Assembly: GCA_964526655.1 (NCBI GenBank)
Contig: CAZGIZ010000003.1
Span: 851-64,850, forward strand
Length of the DNA stretch: 64,000 nt
Direction of reading: 5' to 3'
DNA from: an uncultured Desulfobacteraceae bacterium
GTDB taxonomy: Bacteria > Desulfobacterota > DSM-4660 > Desulfatiglandales > HGW-15
The translations under genes were made by a program, and so were the position numbers. The notes under the pieces were generated by a model. It was not told the DNA's origin. It searched no databases and saw nothing but the letters and a program-made list of their open reading frames with translations. Below are positions 53,612 through 63,036 of the stretch, piece by piece. How positions within the stretch are numbered: the first letter of the stretch is position 1; each line of letters opens with the position of its first letter.

Positions 53612-55525
53612 ATGGCATACGGTTATATGGGGAAGATCCTGTTCGTGGACCTTTCCACGGGTAAGGTCGGGCAGGAAACACCTGAAGAGAGTTTTTATCG
53701 CGCATACATAGGGGGTTATGGTGTCGGTGCCAGGATCGTCTTCAGCCGGCAAAAAGCCGGGGTCGATCCTCTTGGTCCGGAGAACACGCTCGGCTTTATG
53801 ACCGGGCCGCTCACGGGGACCGATTTTCCATTCGGCGGGAGGTATACGGTTTTTGTGGGCAAATCACCGCTGACAGGCGGGTGGGGAGATGCCAATTCAG
53901 GGGGAGATTTCGGACCCTACCTGAAGTTCAGCGGCTACGACGGCGTTGTGTTCACCGGAGCGTCCGAGAAACCGGTTTACCTCTATATAAAAGATGGCAA
54001 AGCAGAGATAAAAGACGCCTCTCACCTCTGGGGAAGAGATACCGTTGAAACGGAGGATATGCTGAAGGAGGAACTGGGAAAGGATGTAAGGGTCGCCTGT
54101 ATCGGAGCTGCCGGGGAAAATCTTTCACTGATCTCAAGTGTGATAAATAACAAGGGGAGGGCGGCCGCCCGCTCCGGCGTGGGCGCCGTCATGGGCTCGA
54201 AGAAGCTGAAGGCGGTTGCAGTGGCCGGGACCGCGGAGATTCCCGTGGCCGACAGGGAGGAGGCCAAAAAATTAAGGAAAAAGATTGTCGGGAAGCTGAA
54301 AGAGTTTCAAACGGCCAATTTGTTTATCCAATATGGCAGTTCCGGCATAACGGCCCAATTTGCTGAGTTCGGGGAGGCTCCGATAAAAAATTGGGGAGGT
54401 GTCGGTGCCAGGGATTTCCCCAATTTCGCCCTTATCAGTGATGATCATGTGATCAATCTCCAGGAGAGAAAGTATGGGTGTTACCGCTGCCCGATAAGCT
54501 GCGGCGGTCACATGAAAGCGGGGACGGGGGAATATCATTACAGGGCCGGCGCTCATAAACCCGAGTATGAGACGCTTGGGGCCTTTGGGACCACTTGCCT
54601 TAATGATAATCTCGAGTCGATCGTCATGGCCAATGAAATTTGCAATCGACAGGGACTGGACACTATTTCAGCGGGCGCGACCATTGCCTTTGCCATGGAA
54701 TGCTATGAGAAGGGCATCATTACCAAAGAGGATACGGGCGGATTGGATCTCACCTGGGGCAACCATAAAGCTATTGTGGCATTGACCGAACAAATGGCCC
54801 GGAGGGAGGGTTTCGGCGGCGTCCTGGCCGATGGCGTGAAGGTGGCCTCGGAGAAGATCAAGAGAGGATCGGAAAAATACGCCATCCACATTCACGGGCA
54901 GGAGCCGCCCATGCACGATCCCCGAAATACCCCCAGCTTTGCCACCGTGTATAAATCCGACGCGACACCGGGCCGTCACATGCAGGGAAGCTGCGCCCAC
55001 TTTGAAATGGGAATCCTCGAGGGTCTGGAATTTCCCCACTTCGGGATTACCATTCCTCCTGTGGACAGGGAGACCTTTAAACACACCTACACCGGAAAGG
55101 GTAAATGGGAAACCCTGTTTAGGAGCCAGAGCCATTTGGGCAATACAGCCGGCGCATGTCTTATCGCCGACCTGGGACCGGGCATGGTCACACCGGTTGA
55201 CACCATACCCAATTTTCTTTCCGTGGTTACGGGCTGGCAGATATCCCCTGAGGAAATGCTGAGAATCGGAGAGAGGATTGCAACTATCCGGCAGGCTATC
55301 AATGTGCGCGAGGGTTTGAGGCCTGCAGACTTCAAAATGCCGGGACGTGTAACAGGGAATCCGCCTCTCGATGAGGGGCCGACCGCGAATATTACCGTGG
55401 ACGCAGAGACGTTGGTGGCGGAATATTACAAGGCAATGGATTGGGACCTGGAGACTGGGAAACCCAGCAAGAAGAAGCTGATCGACCTGGATCTGGAAGA
55501 TGTGGCCCGGGAATTCTGGTCATAA
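53612..55525 (+). CDS. aldehyde:ferredoxin oxidoreductase family enzyme (AOR-3)
   Basis: 637 aa, the closest paralogue of AOR-1 (GKSPLTGGWGDANSGGDFGPYLKFSGYD, GRAAARSGVGAVMGSKKLKAVAV, CYRCPISCG, EYETLGAFGTTC). RBS GGAGGTGA. Confidence 0.9.
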   Translation: MAYGYMGKILFVDLSTGKVGQETPEESFYRAYIGGYGVGARIVFSRQKAGVDPLGPENTLGFMTGPLTGTDFPFGGRYTVFVGKSPLTGGWGDANSGGDFGPYLKFSGYDGVVFTGASEKPVYLYIKDGKAEIKDASHLWGRDTVETEDMLKEELGKDVRVACIGAAGENLSLISSVINNKGRAAARSGVGAVMGSKKLKAVAVAGTAEIPVADREEAKKLRKKIVGKLKEFQTANLFIQYGSSGITAQFAEFGEAPIKNWGGVGARDFPNFALISDDHVINLQERKYGCYRCPISCGGHMKAGTGEYHYRAGAHKPEYETLGAFGTTCLNDNLESIVMANEICNRQGLDTISAGATIAFAMECYEKGIITKEDTGGLDLTWGNHKAIVALTEQMARREGFGGVLADGVKVASEKIKRGSEKYAIHIHGQEPPMHDPRNTPSFATVYKSDATPGRHMQGSCAHFEMGILEGLEFPHFGITIPPVDRETFKHTYTGKGKWETLFRSQSHLGNTAGACLIADLGPGMVTPVDTIPNFLSVVTGWQISPEEMLRIGERIATIRQAINVREGLRPADFKMPGRVTGNPPLDEGPTANITVDAETLVAEYYKAMDWDLETGKPSKKKLIDLDLEDVAREFWS

Positions 55526-55546
55526 AAGGCGCATGGGAAAAGGGCA

Positions 55547-56503
55547 ATGACTGCATACATTATACGGCGCCTGATACAGGGAATATTCGTTATTATTCTT
55601 GTAACAATAGTTATTTTTATCGCTATGCGTATCCTGCCTGGCGACCCTCTCAAGATTTATATCGTGGAGCAAGATATCAGCCTTGTCACCCCCGAATTGG
55701 AAGCGCAGCTACGGCATAAATTCGGATTAGATAAAAACATGGTGATGCAATATTTTGATTGGATGGGGGGGTTGTTCCGCGGCGATATGGGAATATCCAT
55801 ACATTACCAAGACTCCGTAGCCGTCCTGATGGCCAAGCGTGTGCCTATAACATTGCTCCTGGGCCTCCTGTCCTTTTTCATTAGCAGCATTCTTGGTATG
55901 CTAACCGGCGTGCTATCAGCGCTCAGGCGAGCCAGCCTGATGGATAATATTCTAACATCTTTTGCTAATCTTGGTATATCCGTCCCCCCATTTTGGCTGG
56001 GTATATTATTGATTTACTTATTCGCAGTAAATCTTGGATGGTTGCCGGTCCAGGGTTATGTTTCACCACTTGATGACCTGTGGGAAAGTGTCAAGCGTTT
56101 GATCCTGCCCGTTTCCGTGTTATCTTTTTGGGGCATGGCTTTTGTCTCTCGCCAGGCCCGCTCAAGCATGCTTGAGGTCCTCACACAGGACTATGTACGC
56201 ACTGCCTGGTCTAAAGGTTTGCGAGAACAGGTCATCGTATTGCGGCATGTCTTGAAAAACGGGCTAATCCCGGTGGTGGCTGTAATAGGCATGCGGCTTA
56301 GCTTCCTTATCGGGGGGATGGTCATTCTGGAGAATGTATTTAATATACCCGGGGTGGGCCGGTTGTTGGTGACCAGTGTCCTTAGTCAGGATTACCAGGT
56401 CGTTCAAGCCGGGATTTTGATTATTGCCATATCTGTAGTGGTGGTAAATCTCTTCATCGATATCTGCTACGGTTGGATCGACCCAAGAATCAAGTATCGC
56501 TGA
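55547..56503 (+). CDS. ABC permease, DppB/OppB type
   Basis: 318 aa with the N-terminal pattern YIIRRLIQGIFVIILVTIVIF..RILPGDP and a BPD_transp_1 core. Confidence 0.85.
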   Translation: MTAYIIRRLIQGIFVIILVTIVIFIAMRILPGDPLKIYIVEQDISLVTPELEAQLRHKFGLDKNMVMQYFDWMGGLFRGDMGISIHYQDSVAVLMAKRVPITLLLGLLSFFISSILGMLTGVLSALRRASLMDNILTSFANLGISVPPFWLGILLIYLFAVNLGWLPVQGYVSPLDDLWESVKRLILPVSVLSFWGMAFVSRQARSSMLEVLTQDYVRTAWSKGLREQVIVLRHVLKNGLIPVVAVIGMRLSFLIGGMVILENVFNIPGVGRLLVTSVLSQDYQVVQAGILIIAISVVVVNLFIDICYGWIDPRIKYR

Positions 56504-56514
56504 GGAACTTAAAA

Positions 56515-57411
56515 TTGAAAAAGAACAAGACAGATGAAAGAGAATTTTCAGAAGTAAGACCCCGCGTCGCTGAATTCCGACGCTTCATCCGGATAATGGG
56601 TGGGAGGTGGGTAGTAATTTTCGGCACAATCATTATCGTGATTCTGATAATCACTGCTGCTTTTGCGCCTCAAATAGCCCCCTATGATCCTAATAAACCA
56701 GATCTACCCAACCGGCTTCTTAAACCATGCAGGGAGCACCTTCTCGGTACGGACTCTATGGGGAGGGATACGCTGAGCCGCATTATTTTCGGTGGCCGAA
56801 TCGCCTTATCCGTCGGTGTGGTGGCTACCAGCATTGCTGCCATGATAGGGATAACCCTGGGTCTGATTGCGGGTTATTTAGGTGGTATTTTATCTGTAAT
56901 TATTATGCGGCTGGTGGACTCGCTTATGGCTTTCCCCATCATAGTGATGTCTTTGGTGCTCGCTGTGGTACTCGGCGGTGGACTTACTAATATCATGATT
57001 GCAGTAGGTATCGGTCTATCTTCCACATATGCCAGGGTAATGTGCGCTACCGTGCTCAGTGTAAAGGAGAACGAATACATCGAGGCGGCCCGGGCTATGG
57101 GGGCCAGTAACATGAGAATAATGATAAACCATGTCTTCATGAATTGCTTTCCGCCAATCCTGGTGGTAATAACGATGAACATGGGGACTGCCATCATGAT
57201 TGAAGCCGCACTAAGTTACCTCGGTGTTGGTGTTGCGCCGCCCACAGCGGCTTGGGGTTCGCTTGTCACCGAAGGCTACAGGTATCTCATGACCAATCCA
57301 ACGCTGGCCCTGTCCCCGGGCATAGCTATAATGTTAGTGGTATTTTCTTTCAATATGGTCGGAGACGGTTTAAGGGATGCGCTTGACCCGAGGTTGAGGG
57401 GAACGATTTAG
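56515..57411 (+). CDS. ABC permease, DppC/OppC type
   Basis: Carries APYDPNKPD...LGTDSMGRDTLSRIIFG and a BPD_transp_1 core. The start is uncertain: a TTG at 56515 after GAGGA, or a TTG at 56473. Confidence 0.8.
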   Translation: MKKNKTDEREFSEVRPRVAEFRRFIRIMGGRWVVIFGTIIIVILIITAAFAPQIAPYDPNKPDLPNRLLKPCREHLLGTDSMGRDTLSRIIFGGRIALSVGVVATSIAAMIGITLGLIAGYLGGILSVIIMRLVDSLMAFPIIVMSLVLAVVLGGGLTNIMIAVGIGLSSTYARVMCATVLSVKENEYIEAARAMGASNMRIMINHVFMNCFPPILVVITMNMGTAIMIEAALSYLGVGVAPPTAAWGSLVTEGYRYLMTNPTLALSPGIAIMLVVFSFNMVGDGLRDALDPRLRGTI

Positions 57412-57565
57412 CTTAAACTGTTCGTATCCAAAGGAAGGAGGTGATGTAATATGATATAATATATAGTGAAGACTGTTTTTCAATATGTGTAGTCGGTCAA
57501 ACAAATATTAGAAGTCTATCTATGGAAGTAAAAAAATAGGCAAACATTGTTAATAAATTTGGAAT

Positions 57566-58459
57566 ATGGCAAATGAAAGGAAAAATAACATGAACAATAT
57601 TGATAGTTTGACGTCCGGCGCTATTGATATGCATGTACATTTCGGACCTGAGTCCCTGATGGAAAGGCGCCAGGATGCATTAAGATTAGCTCGGACGGCC
57701 AAAGAGATCGGCCTAAGAGCCCTGGTACTCAAGTGCCGGGAATATAATACCGTTCCTATTGCGCAACTGGTAAGTGAGTTAGTCCCGGAGGTCCAGGTGT
57801 TCGGCAGTTTGACCCTTGAAAATGAAATCGGTGGGCTTAATCCTGCCGCCGCAATATCCGCTGCACGGATGGGAGCCAAGGTCATCTGGATGCCCACGTT
57901 TTCCTCCTCCAACTCCAAATCAGTGGTGGAAAAGGTCCTGGGCTTCACTCTGCCCGGAGAAGAACAGGCGATCCTGGATTCCGGTGGTCAATTGAAGGCT
58001 GAAGCTAAGGATATCCTCAAGATAGCGAAGGAGTTTGATATCGTTGTTGCCAACGGGCATATCTCTCCTAAAGAGACTTTCGCTCTTGCCGAGGAAGCTC
58101 AAAAAATCGGTTTTAAAAAGCTATTGATCACCCACGCCCTTCAAGGCGCACTCACCAGCGTTCTATGCAGCAGTGATCAACTCAGACAACTGGCGGCCGG
58201 GGGCGTATACATCGAGCATTCTTTCTGGGACCTGTTGCCCACCATGAATAGCATTGATCCGGAACAAATTGTGGAACTGGTGGGAACCGTTGGCGCAGAA
58301 ATGTGTATTATGAGTACCGACCTCGGCCAGAGCTATAACCCTCCCGCACCGGAAGGCATGCGTTTGTTCATCGGGACCATGTTGAGAAAAGGACTTAAAG
58401 AGGACCAGGTCGAAGTGATGGTGAAAACGAATCCTGCGAAACTTTTAGGGCTGAATTAA
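57566..58459 (+). CDS. amidohydrolase-superfamily-like TIM-barrel protein of unknown function
   Basis: GAIDMHVHFGPE (metal-binding HxH-type start), ANGHISPKE and LLITHA. Family membership is from motif memory only. Confidence 0.45.
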   Translation: MANERKNNMNNIDSLTSGAIDMHVHFGPESLMERRQDALRLARTAKEIGLRALVLKCREYNTVPIAQLVSELVPEVQVFGSLTLENEIGGLNPAAAISAARMGAKVIWMPTFSSSNSKSVVEKVLGFTLPGEEQAILDSGGQLKAEAKDILKIAKEFDIVVANGHISPKETFALAEEAQKIGFKKLLITHALQGALTSVLCSSDQLRQLAAGGVYIEHSFWDLLPTMNSIDPEQIVELVGTVGAEMCIMSTDLGQSYNPPAPEGMRLFIGTMLRKGLKEDQVEVMVKTNPAKLLGLN

Positions 58460-58474
58460 ATACGAGGAAAAACC

Positions 58475-59788
58475 TTGCAAAATACCGAGATAAACTTGCC
58501 GTTCGGTGATTCTTTTCTTCCGGTAACCTTACCATTTGACAATGTATGCAGTGTTATTGAAGCGAAACACGTTCCCGGTGTGAGAGACGAAAGAGAAGCG
58601 ATACAAGAGGGTCTACGAAATCCCATAGGAAGTGTCAAACTGCTGGAGCGAATCCATAAAAATGACAAAGTACTAATAATAACTACCGATAATACCCGTC
58701 ATTGTCCGGACTATAAAATAGTTCCGGTCTTATTAGACGAACTTGAACAGAAAGTGCCGCGACGGAATATAACCTGTATAGTGGCTTTGGGTTTGCATAC
58801 CCCTTTGAGCCGGGAGGAGTTGATTAAGAAACTTGGAAAGAGAATCATCAATGATTACAAGGTATTAAACCATAATCCGGATCAGGTTGTGTCACTTGGA
58901 ACAACCTCTTTCGGGACACCGGTTGAGGTAAATTCAGAATTAACCAAAGCGGATTTCCGCATCGGCATAGGTTTTATCGAGCCCCACTTCTTTGCAGGGT
59001 TTTCCGGTGGTAGAAAGAGCGTAGCTCCCGGCTTAAGCAGTGCCAACGCGATTAGAAAAAACCACAGTTATGCAATGATAGAACATCCCAATGCCCAGGC
59101 AGGGATTCTGAAGGGGAATCCAATCCATGAAGATATGGTAGAGCAGGCTAAAATGGCTAACCTCGATTTTATTGTGAATGTGCTCCTGAATAAGGAAAAA
59201 CAGATCTCCCATGTCTTCGCCGGAGACCCCTGGTTAGCTCATGAATTGGGTTGTGATGTCGAGAAAGGAATAGTCGGGGTGGAAGTAGACCATATGGTAG
59301 ATATTGCTCTTGTTACCAACGGGGGCGCACCTCTGGATTTGGATTTTTATCAAACATGCAAAGGAATCTATACCGCTTCCCGGATAACCCGTCCTGGTGG
59401 GATAATCATAGTAGCTTCCTGTTGTAGCAGCGGCCTTGGACCGGATGCATTCAAGAACCTGCATTCTTCGAATGCTTCACCCGGAGAGGTCCTGGAAATG
59501 ATAAGGGACAGCCATCATGTTGGAGTACAATGGCAGAACCAGATCTTAGCCCATGCTCAATTGGATCATGCTATCTATCTTCTATCAAATCTTTCGGATG
59601 ACGAAGTTAAAAAGATGATGGTAACCCCCATTCATACAATAGAAAAGGGATTGGACGAGGCCTTTGGTATTTTAGGGAAAAAAGCAGAGATAGCCGTGAT
59701 CCCGGAAGGGCCTTTAATCCTACCGATAGTAAGCCGGGCTGATAGTCAGCAATCGGTTCAGCCACTAAAGGGGATAAATACGCAATGA
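58475..59788 (+). CDS. LarA-like nickel-pincer (NPN) dependent 2-hydroxyacid racemase/epimerase family protein (DUF2088)
   Basis: 437 aa with ALGLHTP, GFIEPHFFAGFSGGRKSVAPG and KGNPIHEDM. The catalytic His, tethering Lys and Ni-ligand His positions, as I recall them from LarA, are all present. TTG start after GAGGA. Confidence 0.75.
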   Translation: MQNTEINLPFGDSFLPVTLPFDNVCSVIEAKHVPGVRDEREAIQEGLRNPIGSVKLLERIHKNDKVLIITTDNTRHCPDYKIVPVLLDELEQKVPRRNITCIVALGLHTPLSREELIKKLGKRIINDYKVLNHNPDQVVSLGTTSFGTPVEVNSELTKADFRIGIGFIEPHFFAGFSGGRKSVAPGLSSANAIRKNHSYAMIEHPNAQAGILKGNPIHEDMVEQAKMANLDFIVNVLLNKEKQISHVFAGDPWLAHELGCDVEKGIVGVEVDHMVDIALVTNGGAPLDLDFYQTCKGIYTASRITRPGGIIIVASCCSSGLGPDAFKNLHSSNASPGEVLEMIRDSHHVGVQWQNQILAHAQLDHAIYLLSNLSDDEVKKMMVTPIHTIEKGLDEAFGILGKKAEIAVIPEGPLILPIVSRADSQQSVQPLKGINTQ

Positions 59789-59933
59789 ATTTTTTATCCG
59801 TAGTATTTTTTCTTGATGCCAGCAGAAATTCCTGCGTAGGCCTCGGAAAGGAGAATTCTCATCTCTATCCGTTTATAGACAACCTACCAGGCTTACGAGA
59901 CAACCTTATCAATAACATATAGGAGGTGTTATT

Positions 59934-61430
59934 ATGCATCTGTTTGGAACATATGACGTAGTGGTTGTGGGTGGCGGGGCATCCGGCTGCGCGGCCGCCA
60001 TTGCTTCAGCAAGGGCTGGAGCCAAAACGATCCTCATTGAGCGCTTTGGCATCCTGGGAGGCTCGATGAACGTTTCCGGCCCTCCAGGATGGGCCTTCTC
60101 TCACCTCTGGAACGACCACGGAGAAACCATTCTTGCCGGCATCGTTGAGGAGACGCATCACCGGCTGGAAAAAGAAGGGCATGCCCTGCCTTACCCCAAG
60201 CCGGAGGACCGGGACTATTTCAACGCCTATGCCTTCGTCGATCCCGACTGGTGGGGGCTTCTCATCTTCGAGATGATGACGGAAGAAAAGGTGAAGTTGC
60301 TGATGCACTCCCCGGCGGTCGACGTGCTGAAAGAGGGCGACGCCCTTAAGGGCGTGATCGTCGAGAACACCTCCGGCCGGATGGCGGTCATGGGCAAGGT
60401 GATCATTGAAGCCACGGGTGAGGGAGATATCGCCGTCCGGGCCGGTGTCCCTTACACCAAGATCGACAGGACCAAGGAAGAGATCGATCCGCCTTCCATT
60501 ACCTTCCACATGGACGGTGTGGACTGGGACAAGGTCACGGCGTACGTAAAAAATAACCTGGATGAATTCGTTCCCGAAACCCATTACGGCCTGAAACGAT
60601 CGCCTCATGAACAGGAGATCGCTAAACGAAGCCGAGAGAAAATTAAAAACTGCAAGTCCATCATCGATCTGGTCAAGGAAGGGACTATGGGAACCATCAC
60701 CTTCCCCAAGTTCACGCGCCAGGCCCTGGATGCCGGCGAGCTACCCCCATACGGGGTCGATCTGGGGTTCTTCTTCACCCCGAAAGACGGCGGGCACATC
60801 CAGCCCATCTTCCAGCACTCGGCCCAGGTGCCCGACTGTGATACCAACGATATAAGGGAGCTGAGCGCTGGGGAGGCGGAGGCCAGGAGGCAGGTTGCCA
60901 TCGCCCTGAAAGCCGCCAGGAAGTATCTCCCCGGCTTCGAAAATGCCTACTTCACCAGGCTGACCTCCTATATAAGGACCCGGGAGGGACGTCACATGAT
61001 CGGCGATTACCAGATGCAAAGCGAGGATGTCGAAGCGTCAAGGAAATTTCCGGATGTCATCGCCAAGTGCGCCATGCCCACGCAGGCAGGAGGGCCTTTC
61101 CACTCTGCCGCCCACGAAGGTGAGTCCATGAATATCGACCCCAATCGCAAAAGGTGGAGCCCTAAGGATGGCGGGTCATTCGACATCCCGTACCGGAGCC
61201 TGGTGCCGAAGAACGTCGAGGGCATGCTGATAACCGGTAAATTGATGTCATGTTCGGAAGACTTTAAAAGAGACCTCTTACCGGACAACATGGTCTGGGG
61301 CCAGGCGAGCGGAGTGGCCGCGGCCATCTGTGCCAGAAAAGGCATCACTCCTCGCCAGCTTGAGGAAGATGTCTCGGAGCTCCAGGAGATCCTGCAAAAG
61401 CAGGGCGCTATCCTGTTCGGAACGAAGTAA
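59934..61430 (+). CDS. FAD-dependent oxidoreductase (PF12831-like), tandem copy 1
   Basis: N-terminal YDVVVVGGGASGCAAAIASARAGAKTILIERFGILGG. RBS AGGAGG. Confidence 0.7.
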   Translation: MHLFGTYDVVVVGGGASGCAAAIASARAGAKTILIERFGILGGSMNVSGPPGWAFSHLWNDHGETILAGIVEETHHRLEKEGHALPYPKPEDRDYFNAYAFVDPDWWGLLIFEMMTEEKVKLLMHSPAVDVLKEGDALKGVIVENTSGRMAVMGKVIIEATGEGDIAVRAGVPYTKIDRTKEEIDPPSITFHMDGVDWDKVTAYVKNNLDEFVPETHYGLKRSPHEQEIAKRSREKIKNCKSIIDLVKEGTMGTITFPKFTRQALDAGELPPYGVDLGFFFTPKDGGHIQPIFQHSAQVPDCDTNDIRELSAGEAEARRQVAIALKAARKYLPGFENAYFTRLTSYIRTREGRHMIGDYQMQSEDVEASRKFPDVIAKCAMPTQAGGPFHSAAHEGESMNIDPNRKRWSPKDGGSFDIPYRSLVPKNVEGMLITGKLMSCSEDFKRDLLPDNMVWGQASGVAAAICARKGITPRQLEEDVSELQEILQKQGAILFGTK

Positions 61431-61475
61431 TCGAAAAAAAACACAAAATGGTTACATGGAAAGGAGTTTGTCAAC

Positions 61476-62975
61476 ATGGAAATTTATGGGGAATATGACG
61501 TCGTGGTGGTAGGAGGGGGAGTATCAGGGTGCGCGGCCGCCATCTCTTCAGCCAGGGTCGGGGCCAAGACAATACTTATCGAGCGCTTTGGCATCCTGGG
61601 AGGCTCGTTGAATGTTTCCGGCCCTCCAGGATGGGCCTACTCTCACCTCTGGAACGACCAGGGAGAAACCATTATCGCCGGCATTGTCGAGGAGACGCAT
61701 CACCGGCTGGAAAAAGAAGGGCATGCCCTGCCCTACCCAAAGCCCGAGGTTCGAGACTTTCAGAACAGCTTTGCTTTCGTCGATCCCGACTGGTGGGGGC
61801 TTCTCATCTTCGAGATGATGACGGAAGAAAAGGTGAAGTTGCTGATGCACTCCCCGGCGGTCGACGTGCTGAAAGAGGGCGACGCCCTTAAGGGCGTGAT
61901 CGTCGAGAACACCTCCGGCCGGATGGCGGTCATGGGCAAGGTGATCATTGAAGCCACGGGTGAGGGAGATATCGCCGTCCGGGCCGGTGTCCCTTACACC
62001 AAGATCGACAGGACCAAGGAAGAGATCGATCCGCCTTCCATTACCTTCCACATGGACGGCGTGGACTGGGACAAGGTCACCGCGTACGTGAAAGAGAACA
62101 TGGATGATTTTGCCGAGGAAATCCGGGGTATGGGGACCAGGTTGGGAACGTCCCAGGATGAACAGCGCAGGAACAATCGCGTGGAAAACCTTAAAAACTG
62201 CAGGTCAATCATCGACCTTGTCAAAGACGGGACCCTGGGAGCGATTAATTTTCCCACACTAACGAAACAGGCCCTGGATGCCGGCGATTTTCATGGCCAC
62301 GGCGATCTGGGATTCTTCTTCACCCCGAGGGACGGCGGGCACATCCAGCCCATCTTCCAGCACTCGGCCCAGGTGCCCGACTGCGATGCCAACGATGTAA
62401 GGGAGGTGAGCGCGGGGGAGGTGGAGGCCAGGAGGCAGGTTGCCATCGCCCTGAAAGCCGCCAGGAAGTATCTCCCCGGCTTCGAAAAGGCCTACTTCAC
62501 CAGGCTGACCTCCTACATGAGGACCAGGGAGGGACGTCACATGATCGGCGACTACCAGTTGGTCATCGAAGATGTAGCCGATGCGAGAAAATTCGACGAT
62601 GTCATCGCAAAAAGCGGCATGCCGGCCTCGGCGGGGGGGCCCTTCCACTCCGCAGCGCACCCCGGTCGAGCCATGAATCTTGATCCCAATAGAAAGATGG
62701 CAAGACCCAAGGATGGCGGGTCATTCGACATCCCGTACCGGAGCCTTGTGCCGAAGAACGTCGAGAACATGTTGATGTCCGGAAAACTTATCTCGTGGAC
62801 AGAGGACTTTAAGAGAGACCTCCTGCCGGAAAACATGGTGACCGGCCAGGCAGCAGGCGTGGCAGCCGCCCTGTGCGTCAAGAAAGGCATCACTCCTCGC
62901 CAGCTTGAGGGGGATGTCTCGGAACTCCAAGAGATACTTGTCAAACAGGGGGCCATATTAACCGGGACTCACTGA
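61476..62975 (+). CDS. FAD-dependent oxidoreductase (PF12831-like), tandem copy 2
   Basis: N-terminal YDVVVVGGGVSGCAAAISSARVGAKTILIERFGILGG. Colinear with copy 1 at a constant offset of 1542 nt over the N-terminal third, including the identical tract. Confidence 0.7.
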   Translation: MEIYGEYDVVVVGGGVSGCAAAISSARVGAKTILIERFGILGGSLNVSGPPGWAYSHLWNDQGETIIAGIVEETHHRLEKEGHALPYPKPEVRDFQNSFAFVDPDWWGLLIFEMMTEEKVKLLMHSPAVDVLKEGDALKGVIVENTSGRMAVMGKVIIEATGEGDIAVRAGVPYTKIDRTKEEIDPPSITFHMDGVDWDKVTAYVKENMDDFAEEIRGMGTRLGTSQDEQRRNNRVENLKNCRSIIDLVKDGTLGAINFPTLTKQALDAGDFHGHGDLGFFFTPRDGGHIQPIFQHSAQVPDCDANDVREVSAGEVEARRQVAIALKAARKYLPGFEKAYFTRLTSYMRTREGRHMIGDYQLVIEDVADARKFDDVIAKSGMPASAGGPFHSAAHPGRAMNLDPNRKMARPKDGGSFDIPYRSLVPKNVENMLMSGKLISWTEDFKRDLLPENMVTGQAAGVAAALCVKKGITPRQLEGDVSELQEILVKQGAILTGTH

Positions 62976-63036
62976 ACAAGTGGCAAAGGCCGTTAAACAA
63001 TTTTCTTAAACCTACATGGATAGGAGGTGCTTTACC

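Noticed and set aside
60006-60608. 200-aa and 167-aa antisense ORFs (60006..60608, 61548..62051) inside the tandem FAD oxidoreductase genes
   Set aside because: They are shadow frames. Their near-identity to each other simply mirrors the gene-conversion tract on the sense strand.
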